Origin: Squalus acanthias
Taxonomy: Eukaryota
DNA length: 64,000 nucleotides
Assembly (NCBI GenBank): GCA_030390025.1
Contig: CM059432.1
Span: 95,544,001 to 95,608,000 of the forward strand
Reading direction: 5' to 3'
The notes beneath the pieces are model-generated. The model saw nothing but the letters and a program-made list of their open reading frames with translations, did not search any database and had not been told where the DNA came from. Numbering within the stretch: the first letter of the stretch is position 1; each line of letters begins with the position of its first letter. Positions 1 through 12,147 of the stretch are shown one piece after another. Both the position numbers and the translations under genes were made by a program.

Positions 1-1465
1 TGTCACATTTTTAGTTCCTGGTTTTAGTGATATGTACCTTGACTACTTTTTTAAATGACATTTTATCAGCTGATTTTTTAGAATGACACATCAGAATCAT
101 ATTATTTTCAGATTACGTATACATTCAATCTGAATAATCTGGTAAAATAATCTTAAATGTTCCATTCCAAAAATATTTTTCCTCTTCTCATTTTCCATCA
201 CCATTTTTGACAATATTTCAGGCAGGAGATTAATCTATTACATTGTTTAAAACATTTACCAAGAAAGATGACTGTGCTGTAAGGTAATTGAGAAATGAAG
301 GCTTTTGTGTGGGTGTTTTCTTTTTGATTTAGTAAGAACTAACATTTCAACTCAATTTTTCTGTTGGAGAGTACTCTGAGAGTATCCTAACTCTGGCCGA
401 GATCTTATCCAGTCATCTGTGGGAGTAATGCTGGGTCTGCCTGCTATTATTGTTCAGGGAATGTCTGTCTTTCAGGGACAATTTTGATTTTATGCTCATA
501 CTCATGTTTTACTTTACAGTATATTAAAACAGAAGAGTGCCAGAGCCGCAAGCTTCAAAACAGGGGTTAGTTTCTTGATACATCATTGCAATGTCCTTCG
601 TTTTTACAAGTACAACAAAGTAACTTGTTTCCATTCTGAACATTGACACTATTGACAAATTAATTTCTAACTTGGGCCTCAGATTCTGTTACTTGTCTGG
701 CCTTTTGTCTGGGTGTAGTCATGTACTTGTGTGGCTGGTAAATTCCTTGAGCTGGGAAATTGAGAGGCTCCAGACCAGGCAGTGATGTTTTCATAATGTA
801 AGTATCACATGTAGCAAGAATTCCAAACTAGTGCAAGTAATGCCATCAGGATTTAATACTAAATGTAGAAATATCCCACCAATTTTAACTTTTTTATGGG
901 ATCTTCAAGGAAAACACAACAGCAAACTTGTCATCTAGATTTCTGTAGTATTTATTCTGTAAAACCAGGTCCTTGACCTTTCTCCATTATCTCTCATCCG
1001 TACCTCAGACATCAAGTGTGAAGAACTCATGGATTTCTTCATGTTCAAAATTGAAACCATCTACTCTGATACCTCTGCCTCCTCTGACCACCCCTTTCCC
1101 TTACTGTCCCGCTCAATTACCTGCTCTCCCACCTGCCATTTTGTTGTTGGCAGCCTCTTGCTATGGCACATCTACACCTGAAAAACCAGAGTGAGTAGGC
1201 CTGACGCCTGCCCAGTTGGGTCTGAGTTTGGCGGTGGATGCTCCCATCCAAAGCAGGTGGAAATTTCATTAAATATATTTATCTTGGGTCGCAATTACAT
1301 CATTGGAAAATTGAAATGATTTTGTACTGTTTACATCTCATTGTGCCACTTCCTGATTCTGCCAACGAAATATGAGTGTCAGATCAGACCACGTGGAAGA
1401 TTTAAATGCTACAAATTTAAAGGTACTAATGGAAATAGTTTTTTTTTGGCTACAGATATTTACTC

Positions 1466-2133
1466 GGGACAATTAAGAGAGCAGGTGGGGCGGGGGGGGG
1501 GGGGGAAGGATTTTTGGACAGGAAACCCAAAAGTACAGGGTTTCCTGGATGTCCTGCTGAAATTAACTGCAGGACATCTTTTACAATTTCTCAACTGCTT
1601 TTCTGCCCGATAGCCAGCCAGATTAACAGGCTGGCTGCCTGTCAGGTGGGAAAGCAGCCAGGGAGTGGATGCTAGCTAAGTCAGAGGTCGCGAGGAGGTG
1701 AGCAGTCGGAGATTGCTGGGGGTGGGGGGATTCAGAGATCGTGGGGTCCAATCACGGGGTCTGTAAAGAGGTTAGTTTGGGCCGCTGGGGGAAACACTCC
1801 TACTCCTCCTGGCCCACAAGCAGCGCTGTGAATGCACTTACCTCATGGATGCGGCCCTTCTTGTCTCTCTTTACCTGCTAGGATTTCCAAGCCCTGGGAA
1901 ACCTGGCCTCCATGGGTTAGAAATAAAAACCCAGTTAAAATAAAGGCACGCAGCTTCCTTAAAAGATTTTACTGATCTACATGCCTCCTGAGAATGGATT
2001 GGTTGCTCGCCCTCCCTGACCCGCCTCCGTTAAAACCGGAAGTGTGCGGGTTGGAGTCGGGTTTCAGAATGTTTAAATTTTTACCTTCCACCAACCCCTA
2101 ACCCACCCGTCCTTGGGGGTAAAAATTCCCCCC
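1466..2133. mobile_element. Non-autonomous Harbinger-like element (left boundary approximate)
   Basis: Right end GGGGGTAAAAATTCCCCC resembles Harbinger TIRs in this window; internal blocks (GCCCTGGGAAACCTGGCC, AAACCGGAAGT) are shared with 41800-42408. Confidence 0.45.
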
Positions 2134-2228
2134 TATATTGCAGATAATCATCTGCATCTGTATGTGAAGCGAGTTTGCAACAGTGATTTTACTGAGCCCA
2201 TTGTTGGAAGCAGTCTATCTTTTGCTTT

Positions 2229-2970
2229 ATGGAGGTCCCTTTAGGAATTCCACTCTATTTAGTGTACTTGGAAGAAGTGGAGGAGGAGGAAGGGAGCAGG
2301 GACACTGCTCGAGGTACTGGATGTGGGAGAAGACTCCTTGCCTCGCCCTCATTCCCCAGCTGAGTGTACAGGCCACGCTAGACATTCCTTCACTTAACTG
2401 AGGAGCAGTCTTCAGAATGCGATACGTCTCCATACAGGTGATGCGACAGGGAACCGGAGTCATCTGCTGCAAGTTAACCTGCAACCAACTTCCAGGGTTA
2501 GCATGGCAGTGCCTATTGCAATAAAGCTGACTGCAGTCTTGAGCTTTCCTGCCTTTAGCTTCTTCCAGGCTGTCCCTGGGGATATCAGTAATATCAGTCA
2601 AACTGTAGTCCATCTAATCATCAAGTAGGTAACTGACACCTTCTTTGCAAGAGCTAATACCTTCAACATTTTCCCCATGGAGATTCAGAAACCGTAAGAA
2701 GCTTTTTGGCAGACTGCAGAATTCCCAAAGTCCAAGACATCTTAGAATGCACACATGTTGCCGTGTTTACCGCTTACTGTGACAAAGTAGACTTCATGAA
2801 TCCCAAGGGATTCCACTCCATCAATATGCAACTAATCTATGACCATCAATATCACTGCCCACTTTCATGGTAGCTGCATGTCTTCATCTTACGGGAGTCT
2901 TCCATTCCTCTATAATTTGACAATCAACAAGTGCAAGGTTGGCTTCTTGGAGATAAAGGTTACGCACTGT
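2229..2970 (+). pseudogene. Old HARBI1-type (PIF/Harbinger DDE) transposase relic, 5' part
   Basis: Manual translation: VYRPR*TFLHLTEEQ...[72 protein letters not shown]; many stops; continues at 8457. Confidence 0.85.
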
Positions 2971-2973
2971 AGG

Positions 2974-3613
2974 AATATAGAAACATAGGAACGTAGGAAC
3001 ATGAGTAGGCCATTCAGCCCCTTGAGCCTGTTCCCCCATTCAATGAGATCATGGCTGATCTGTATCTTAACTCTATCCACCTGCCTTCGCTCCATATCCT
3101 TTTATACCCTTGGCTAGCAAAATCTATCGATCTCAGATTTAAAATTATTAATTGACCTAGCATCTACTGCCTTTCAAGGGAGAGAGTTACACACTTCTAC
3201 CACCCAGTGCATGAAGAAATGTTTCCTAACTTCTCTCCTGAATGGCCTGGCTCTGATTTTAAGGTTATGTCCCCTTGTACTAGACTTCCCCACCAGCAGA
3301 AATATTTCTCTCTATCTACCCTTTCAATTCCTTTCACAATCCTAAAAACCTCAATCAAATCACCCCTTAATCTTCTATATTCCAGGAAATACAAGCCTAG
3401 TTTATGTAATCTCTCCTCATAATCTAACCCTTGGAGTCCTGGTAACATTCTGGCGAATCTGCGCTGCACTACTTCTAAGGACAATATATCCTTTCTAAGG
3501 TGCGGTGCTCAGAACTATGCACGCTACCCCAGATGTGGTCTAACTAGGGCTTTGTATAGCTGTAGCAAAACTTCCCCCCCTTTGTATTCTAGTCCTCTAG
3601 TTATACAGGCTAA
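2974..3613 (-). mobile_element. CR1-clade LINE, 3' part (inserted into the transposase relic)
   Basis: ORF 3197-3484 (LEVVQRRFARMLPGLQGLDYEERLHKLGL..RRLRGDLIEVF) is a CR1 ORF2 C-terminus; short-repeat 3' tail at 2974-3000. Confidence 0.9.
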
Positions 3614-3872
3614 GGGGGAGAAATTCATTATAGCCCAGGAATGGGCGGTAACTTTTGAAAAGTTTGAGAATTAGCGCCAGGCGCTAATGCTTCAGATTGC
3701 ACGCAACATTAAGTCGCATTGCACAAAGAAAGGATTGGAGCGCTAAATCAAGCACTAATGGCCAAGCTCAATGGCGCTAAACTCGAAGCGCTGAGTAATA
3801 TCAGGTACAGTCTAATCACAAGTCCTCATTGCCACAGACTCTTTCCAGTTCTTAAAGGGGAGGTTTGCCTGC

Positions 3873-5726
3873 AGATTCTGCGACCATGCATTGGAGGTGT
3901 TGTTGTTCGCAGTGGAAAGATGGAGGGCAGTGCTCTACCCAGCAAATGGCAGGAGGCCCTCGCCTCAAGTCTTCCATGCCATGTGGAGGGAGGTACCCAG
4001 CACGCTTCGGGCAGCACTGTGGTCCCCAGGACCCACACACGGTGCAGAAAGAAATTTAATGACCTCACTTGGGTGGTCAGGGTGAGTCAATGCTTCAACA
4101 AATGCTACATACCACCATCTGAACCACAGTCTGCACACACTGCCCAAAGCACCACACCCCCAGCACTCACCCATCAACAATCTCTAACTACCTACATTCA
4201 CACCCACATCTCACACCTTGCACACAATCACATCTATTCAACTATGGCAGGCACATCACCCAAATACATTGCTCCACACTCACTCACAAACTTTCCTTTC
4301 TCTTGCAGGCCAAGCTGGCTCACAACAGAGGGAGCAGGAGCGCACAGACGGGGGACAAGCCGACACCCAACCACTATCTAAGCTGGAGACTCGAGTGCTG
4401 CACATTATTGGGCGCCAGTTGGTAGGCACCGTGGCCACCAGCGACGTTAATCCCCTTGGGGACAACAATGGTATGTTCATCCCTACTCCTTCCTCTCACA
4501 TCCCACTTCCCCCCTCATCCCACAAGCCTTTCGCACTTTCCAGCTAATCATGCTGTATGCATGCATTTCTCCCTTCCTGCCCCCCTCCCCTCACCTTAAC
4601 CCGACTCTTGTGCCTTTATGCTTTCCGATAATGAGCAAGCACCTGAGCAGCCTGTCCCTGAGCGCACCGTTGAGAACGAGGCGGGAGAAGAGGAGGAGGA
4701 AGAAGAAACCGCATCACAGCATGTCTCACCCGCAGGCACCAGCTCAGATACTGGCACTACACGTTCTTTAGAGGCTAGTACAGTAGCGGGATCTGCACAG
4801 GGTGATGCACTGGGGTCGAGCGGGCTGCAGCAAGGCCAGGGGGAATGGGTAGCTCAGGAGTCAGCTCCCCGGAGGGTGAATTCGCGCACGAGTTCTGCTG
4901 CACAGGACTCAGATAAGGATCTCAATGGGGAGGCCATTAGAAGAAGGGAGATGGGCATGCACACGGAGATGATAGGTGCAATGGCAAGGGTGCCTGAGAG
5001 CCTGTCGGCAATGGTAAGGAGTCCGCCTCCAACATTTCACAAAGCTCTGCGCACACCATGGAACCCATCATTTCCAGTCTGCAAAGGATGGTAGACTCTC
5101 AGAGAGACCGTGGCGACCCAGACCTGATGCCGCGCGTGATGGGCGATCTGGCAGCTTCCATTGCAGCACAGGCGGAAGTGATGCAATGTCTCAGTGCTGT
5201 AATGCAGTCTATGTTTGGTGGCATTCAATCTCAGACTGCTCTCATGCAGTCTCAGCTTGATCCAACGCAAGCTCTGACTGCTACCGTCGTGGCTGGGTCT
5301 ACCACCGTCAACTGGGGCTTTCATGGTGTTGCAGCAGGCCAGCAATCTGTGCTCCAACAGATTGCTAGGGATGCTGAGGTGCTGCCCCGGGGCAGTGGCA
5401 GTGGGTCAGTGGAGCAGGAACCTGCTGACCTCTCTCAGGATGACAGCATTCCTGCTCCCACCACTGGCACTCCACCATTGCCCTTGTCGCTGCCTGTCAT
5501 CCAGCCAGCCTAGACTGCTGCCACCCCTGCTGAGGTGATGCAGTCTACAGCCGGGCCTTCCAGGCCCAGAGCTGGTTGAGGGCGTCCTGCAAGGCCATCT
5601 GAAGTCTCCCGCACGGACGCTTCCACCTGCCGTGCTGCAGCCACTGGGCCAACACTTCGTAGGAGCACTAGAGTAGGCAAAGGCACAGTAATGAGAGGCA
5701 CGAAGGGATTGCACAAGGGTGAATAG
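3873..5726 (+). pseudogene. Harbinger Myb/SANT-like DNA-binding helper gene, 3 exons (~3873-4081, 4309-4470, ~4628-5726), disrupted
   Basis: RFCDHALEVLL..V..R..LYP..GRRP...W....RT..CRKKFNDL motif; GTGAGT and GTATGT donors, TTGCAG acceptor; start codon deleted relative to element 3; frameshifts and stops. Confidence 0.8.
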
Positions 5727-5891
5727 GTAATAATGTTGCTGTAAATATGTGTTCATTGATTATTGATAAATTTATTAATTCAGTTTGGATTATTGTGTGG
5801 TGTCTCTCATTTCAGCTTTGTGCTGTGAAATGGCCTGCGACAGGGATGGAATGATGGGGATGTGGTGAGCAACAGGGTTCTGGGGTTTAAT

Positions 5892-7095
5892 TTATTGAAA
5901 CTGCAGTCTGATGAGGCGGTCACGGACCGCCCTTCCAGAAGGCCGATTGAGTGGCTGCCTCCTCCCTCGCTCCTGTTCCTCCTCCTCTTCCTCCTCCTTG
6001 TCTTTCTCTTCCTCCTCATTCTCCTCCTCCTCCTCCTCCTCCTCTCCCTCTTCCTCCTCCTGAGGTGGTCCCGCAATCCCTGGTGGCAAGGGCTGGGCCC
6101 TCATGATGGCCAAGTTGTGGAGCATGCAACAGATCACGACCAAATGGGACACCCGCTCAGCCGAGTACTGGAGGGCCCCTCCCGAGCGGTCAAGGCAGCG
6201 GAACCGTTGCTTGAGCACCCCGATGGTCTGCTCGATGACGTTCCTGGTGGCAGCATGGCTCTCATTATGAGTGCTGGGCAGGAGTTCTGGGGTTGTGGAG
6301 CGGAGTCATGAGCCAGGTGGATAGCGGATAGCCCTTGTCTCCGACCAGCCAGCCGTGAGCTTGACATGGTGGCTGGAAGAGTGCTGGCACACTGGTGTGG
6401 CGCAGATGAAGGCATCATGGCTGCTGCCAGGATAGCAGGTATTGACATTGAGAATTTGCTGTCTGTGGTCGCACACCAACTGCACGTTAAGTGAGTGGTA
6501 GCCTTTGCGGTTACGGAAGATCTCAGGATTGTTATGCGGTGCCCGCAAAGCCACTTGGGTGCAGTCAATGGCACCCTGCACCATGGGGAATCCCACTATC
6601 CTGGCAAAGCCACATGCACATTCATTATGCTTCTCTCTGGTGATGGGGAAGGAAATGTAATCCCTTCTCCTACTGTAGAGAGCCTCTGTGACCTCCCGGA
6701 TGCAGCGATGGACAGCGAACTACGAGATGTTACCTATATCTCCTGTTGCAGACTGGAATGATCCACTAGCGAAGCAATTGAGGGTGACGGTGACCTTGAC
6801 TGACACTGAGAGAGCCGTGGTCACCCTGATCTGAGGCTCAAGGTCTGGTTGCAGGAGATGGCAGAGTTCTGTGACCACCTCCTTGCTGAAGTGGAGCCTT
6901 CTAATACACTGCTCCTCGCTTAATTGGAGGTAGGAGAAGTGCTCTCGGAATACCCTCGGAGGGTAAGTCCTCCTGTTGAGAGCTCTCATTGGCCCTTCTC
7001 TTCCCTCTGGCCACATGTTCCAGTCTTTCTCGCTGCCTCTGCTCCCTCTGCCGTAGATCCTGGAGGGCGAGGTCGACTGCCAGTACAGTGCCCAT
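5892..7095 (-). pseudogene. Harbinger (HARBI1-like) DDE transposase, disrupted
   Basis: Consecutive ORFs: [98 protein letters not shown]; poly-E tail; stop at 6720-6722 plus frameshifts. Confidence 0.92.
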
Positions 7096-7599
7096 TAATG
7101 TAACCAAGTGTAGCAATTTGATATGTTGTGAGAATAAATGTAACTAATTGTAGTAGCCACATCACTCCTGATACTAAACAACCTTTAAATGACTGAATGA
7201 ATTGGTTTCACAATGTCAAACTGACAAGGAAGCAGTGAAACAGCACTAACTTGACAGCTGCGACTCATTACTGAGGATGCCTTTAAATACCGCCCCGGGA
7301 GCCGGCATCCACCTGCTTGACGCCTCCTCTCCCTGTCGCAGTCGGGGCGAGGCGCTAAGGCAGGGGGCGAAAAAGAATTTTGCAGATCGGGCGCCCAGTG
7401 AGCGTTCCACTGACGTCACGATCTGCCTGGCGTTGAGGTCCCCGGCAGTAACTTGTAGCAGTGGCGCTAAGGGCGGGGGGGGGGGGGCGGATTTGCCGTG
7501 CATCGCTGGATTTGCCTCGCCCAGCGCTACTGCATCAGCGCCCCGTTAGCAACCCCGCCAGGCACTAACAGGAGGCGCAAACAAACTGAATTTTCCCCC

Positions 7600-8456
7600 T
7601 AACATTCCATTAGTGTGTTTGATTATTTTTTGTACCTGACCATTACATTTTAGAGATCTGTGTACATGGATCCCTAAATCTCTTTGGACCTCCACTGTTC
7701 CTAGCATTTCACTATTTAAATAATACTTGGATCTATTCTTTTTTGGTCCAAAATGGATGACCCCACACTTACCTGCGATGAATGCCATCTTCCACAGTTT
7801 TGCTCATTCACTTAATCTATCAATGTCTCTTTGTAATTTTATGCTCCCGTCTACACTACTTACTATACTACTTTGTGTCATCGGCAAACTTGGATATATG
7901 GCTCTCTATTGTGTTATCTCAGTCATTAATAAATATAATGTATAGTTGAGGCCCCAGCACAGATCCTTGTGGGACACCACTAGTCACTTCCTTCCAATTC
8001 GAGTACTTACCCATTATTCCTACTCTCTGTCTTCTACTGCCTAACCAATCTCCTCATCGGGTCAATAATTTGCTTTCAATTCCATGAGCTTTAATTTTAG
8101 CTAACAGTCTCTTTTGTGGAACTTTATCAAATGCCTTCTGGAGGTCCATATAAACTACATCCATAAACATTCCCCTGCCTACTACTTTAGTTACTTCCTC
8201 AAAAAATTCAATTAGGTTTGTGAAAAATGACCTACCGTTTACAAATCCATGTTGGCTCTCTTTAATCAGTTCAAATTTCTCTAAGTGCTCAGTCACTCTG
8301 TCCTTAATTATCGATTCCAATGACTTCCTCACAACAGATGTAATACTAACAGGTCTATAATTTCTTGGTTCTCTCTCACCTTTCTTAAATAATAGAGTTA
8401 CAGTTGCAATTTTCCAATCTAAAGGGATAATTTCTGAATCAAGAGTGCTTTGGAAG
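7600..8456 (-). mobile_element. CR1-clade LINE, 5' part (RT domain), continuation of 2974-3613
   Basis: ORF 8054-8464: DWKIATVTLLFKKG..NYRPVSITS..SQHGF..DVVYMDLQKAFDKVP. Confidence 0.9.
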
Positions 8457-8810
8457 GCCTGCATTATGATTCACATGCAACATCTAAATGCACCTGCTGA
8501 ACAGAGGTATAATAGCCATGCTTCTATGAAAGCCATCATCAACTACAGCATTGAAAGCTTAAAACAACAGCTCCAGTGCCTCGACAGGTCTGGGAGCTTC
8601 TTCTGATGCAACCCAGCCGGCGTGTCACGCATCACTGTGGTTTGCTGAATGCTGCATAACTTTGCTGTGCAATGAGGACTATACATGGGGCATCCAGTGG
8701 AATAACGCATTCAGTCTACTGAGGGAAAAGACACACATAGTTGATGAGGAGGCTGCTGTGGAACAACTGACAAGCACCAGAGCCACATGGCTTCATCTGA
8801 TTATTGACTC
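8457..8810 (+). pseudogene. Old Harbinger transposase relic, 3' part
   Basis: AEQRYNSHASMKAIINYSIESLKQQLQCLDRSG..PAGVSRITVVC*MLHNFAV follows directly on GDKGYAL (2970) once the nested CR1 is removed. Confidence 0.8.
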
Positions 8811-8953
8811 TGTCACACAATGACTCCATAGCACTCCCTCCCCCTTGCATCAACAGTCCTCCCAAGCATCTTCTGCACTCCCTGCAAATATGCACCTTCC
8901 CCACCACAATCAGCAACTACCCCACAACTGCCAGACAACCCATTCATCTCATG

Positions 8954-11737
8954 CAGGGGGAACATGAGCGTAGATTCAGAAGGGAGAGAAACAAAGCTGG
9001 AAATGGAAGGCAGTAAATTAGTAAGTGAGTTTGGAAGGCAGAGGAAACAAAGGCTACAAAATAGACAACAAAGGGGTTTGGCAGTGCTTAATGGTATATA
9101 CTTCAATGCAAGGAGTCCAGTGAATAAGGCAGATGAGCTGAGGGCACAGATAGGCATGTGGAAGTATGATGTCATAGCTATTACTGAAACATGGCTGAAA
9201 GAAGGGCAGGAATAGCAGCTCAACATTCCTGCTTACAGGGTTTTCAGATGAGAGAGAGAGGGGGATAAAAAGGAGGGGGGGTCGCAATATTGGTTAAAGA
9301 AACAATTACAACTTTGAGGAGGGATGATATGTTAGAAGGATCATCAAATGAGGCCATATGGGTTGAACTGAAGAACAAAAAAGGGGCAATTAGACTGCTG
9401 GGAGTGTACTATAGACCCCCAAATAGTCAGAGGGTGATAGAAGAGCAAATATGTAGGCAAATTTCTGAGAAGTGCAAAAACAAAAGGGCAGTAATAGTAG
9501 GGGATTTCAACTACCCAAATATTAACTGGGTCGTTATGGAAAAGGAGAAAGATAGATCAGGAGTAAAAGTTCTCGATTGGGGAAAGGCCAATTTTGCTAA
9601 GCAGAGATGTGATTTAGCAAAAGTGGACTGGAAACAGCTACTTGAAGGTAAATCAGTGTCAGAGCAGTGGGAGGCATTCAGCGAGGAGATAGTGAGGGTT
9701 CAAATCAAATATGTTCCCACAAAGAAAAAGGGTGGGACTCCCAATTCTAGAGCCCCTGGATGTCAAGGGGCATACAGGGTAGAATAAGGGAAAAAGGGAA
9801 GCTTATGTCAGATACCGAGAACTAAATACTGCAGAAAGCCTAGAGGAGTATAGAAAGTGCAGGGGTGAAATTAAAAAGGAAATTAGGAAACCAAAGAGAG
9901 GGCATGAAAAAATATTGGCAAGTAAAATCAAGAAAACCCAAAGATGTTTTATAAATACATAAAGAGCAAGAGGATAACTAAAGAAAGAATAGGGCCTATT
10001 AGAGACCTAAAGGAAACTTGTGTGTGGAAGCAGAAGGCGTGGGTATGGTTCTTAATGAATACTTTGCGTCTGTCTTCACAAAAGAGAGGGACCATGCAGA
10101 CAGTGTAGTTAAGGAGGAGGAGTGTGAAATATTGGATGAGATAGGAGGTATTAAGGGGTTTAGCATCGTTGAAAGTAGATAAATCGCCAGGCCCAGATGA
10201 AATGTATTCCAGGCTGTTAAGAGCAGCAAGGGAGGCAATAACGGAGGTGCTGAACATCATTTTGCAACCCTCTCTGGCTACAGGTGTGGTGCCGGAGGAC
10301 TGGAGGACTGCTAACGTTGTATCGTTGTTTAAAAAGGGAGAAAGGGATCAACCGAGTAATTACAGGCCAGTCAGGTTTACCTCGGTGGTGGGCAAATTGT
10401 TGGAAAAAATTCTGAGCTACAGTATTAATCATCATTTAGAAAGGCACGGATTAATCAAGGACAGTCAGCATGGATTTGTTATGGGAAGGTCGTGTCTGAC
10501 TAACTTGATTGAATTTTTTGAGGAGGTAACAAGGAGGGTTGATCGTGGTAATGCATTTGATGTAGTCTACATGGATTTGAGCAAGGCTTTTGACAAGATC
10601 CCATATGGCAGACTGGTCAGAAAAGTAAAAGCCCATGGGATCCAAGGGAAAGTGGCAAGTTGGATGCAAAATTGGCTCAGTGGCAGGAAGCAAAGGGTAA
10701 TGGTCAGCGGGTGTTTTTGTGACTGGAAGGCTGCTTCCAGTGAGGTTCCGCAGGGCTCATTACAAGTTCCCTTGCTTTTTGTGATATACATCAATGATTG
10801 AGACTTCAATGTAGGGGGCATGATTAAGAAGTTTGCAGATGATACAAAAATTGGATAGTGAGGAAATAAAGTGTAGACTGCAGGAAGATATCAATGGACT
10901 GGTCAGGTGGGCAGAAAAGTGGCAAATGGAATTCAATCCAGAGAAGTGTGAGGTAATGCATTTGGGGAGGGCTAGCAAGGCAAGGGAATACACAATACAT
11001 GGTAGGATACTGAGAAGTGTAGAGGAACAGAGGGACCTTGGAGTGCATGTCCACAGATCCCTGAAGGTAGCAGGACAGGTGGTTAAGAAGGCACTGGATA
11101 CTTTCCTTTATTAGCCGAGGCATAGAATAGAATAGAAGAGCAGGGAGGTTATGCTTGAACTGTATATAACACTAGTTAGGCAACAGCTGGAGTACAGTGT
11201 ACAGTTCTGGTCACCACATTACAGGAAAGATGTGATTGCACTTAGAGAGGGTACAGAGGAGGTTTGCGAGGATGTTGCCAGGACTGGAGAATTTTAGCTA
11301 TGAGGCAAGATTGGATATGCTGGGGTGGTTTTCTTTGGAATAGAGAGGCTTAGCGGAGACTTGATTGTGGTGTATAAAATTATGAGGGGCCCAGATAGAG
11401 TGAATAGGAAGGACCTATTTTCCCTAGCAGAGAGGTCAATAACCAGGGGGCATAGATTTAAAGTAATTGGGAGAAGGACTAGAGGGGAGTTGAGGAGAAC
11501 TTTTTTCACCCAGAGGGTGGTGGTGGTCTGGAACTCACTGCCTGAAAGGGTGGTAGAGGCAGAAACGCTCATCACATTTAAAAAGTACTTCGATATGCAC
11601 CTGAAGTGCCGTAACCTACAGGGCTATGGACCAAGAGCAGGAAAGTGGGATTCAGCTGGATAGCTCTTTTTCGGCCGGCATAGACATGTTGGGTCGAATG
11701 GCCTATCTTCTGTGCTGTAAATTTCTATGATTCTATG
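8954..11737 (+). mobile_element. CR1-clade LINE, ORF2 region with internal deletion, degenerate
   Basis: APE endonuclease (YFNARS, DVIAITETWL, GVYYRPP, GDFNYP) and RT (KSPGPD, DWRTANV, SQHGF, KAFDK, VPQGS, FADDT); TTCTATGA tail; ATCTCATG TSD at 8946-8953 and 11738-11745. Confidence 0.93.
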
Positions 11738-12147
11738 ATCTCATGTCAGATTCTAATCTGCAAGGTTATTAAAGGAACAATCACTGTACACACTGCCAAT
11801 TGATTTTATTGTCCTACATTGCTACCTAGTTATTACTTTTCTGATGAAAGGTCGGCGACCTGAAACAATGGGCTGGATTTTGTCATTGGGGGGTGGGGGC
11901 AGGTCAGATGGTCGGCAGGTCCCGCCCCTGCCTCCGATGTGAGGCGGGACAATTTGGCGATTTTGCCCTAATTGGGCACTTGATTTCCAGCGTGTGGGAA
12001 GCCCTGGCCCAATGAGTCTTTTGGTCCTGAAACTCGCCTCTGATTACGTCATCTATGCAGTTGCATTTAAGGCCTGCAAGCAGCCTTGGTTCATTTTCTG
12101 CCTTACAACTTTTTTGCTGAGACTTCTGAGGGATTAGTGGTGCAAAC

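Larger units (their letters stand above)
3614..7599. mobile_element. PIF/Harbinger DNA transposon, two-gene convergent type (element 1, degenerate)
   Basis: TIRs GGGGGAGAAATTCA / TGAATTTTCCCCC; TAA TSD at 3611-3613 and 7600-7602; removal restores CR1 GGCTAACATTCCATTAG; Myb-like gene (+) and transposase (-). Confidence 0.93.

Noticed and set aside
100..570. Small AG...GT-bounded segments (~112-141, ~222-283, ~520-565) as coding exons
   Set aside because: Cannot be joined into a stop-free frame and no recognisable protein
2227..2613. 128-aa minus-strand ORF
   Set aside because: Antisense shadow of the plus-strand transposase relic
5807..6311. Arg-rich and Leu-rich ORFs
   Set aside because: Alternative frames of the GAG/CTC repeat encoding the transposase poly-E tail
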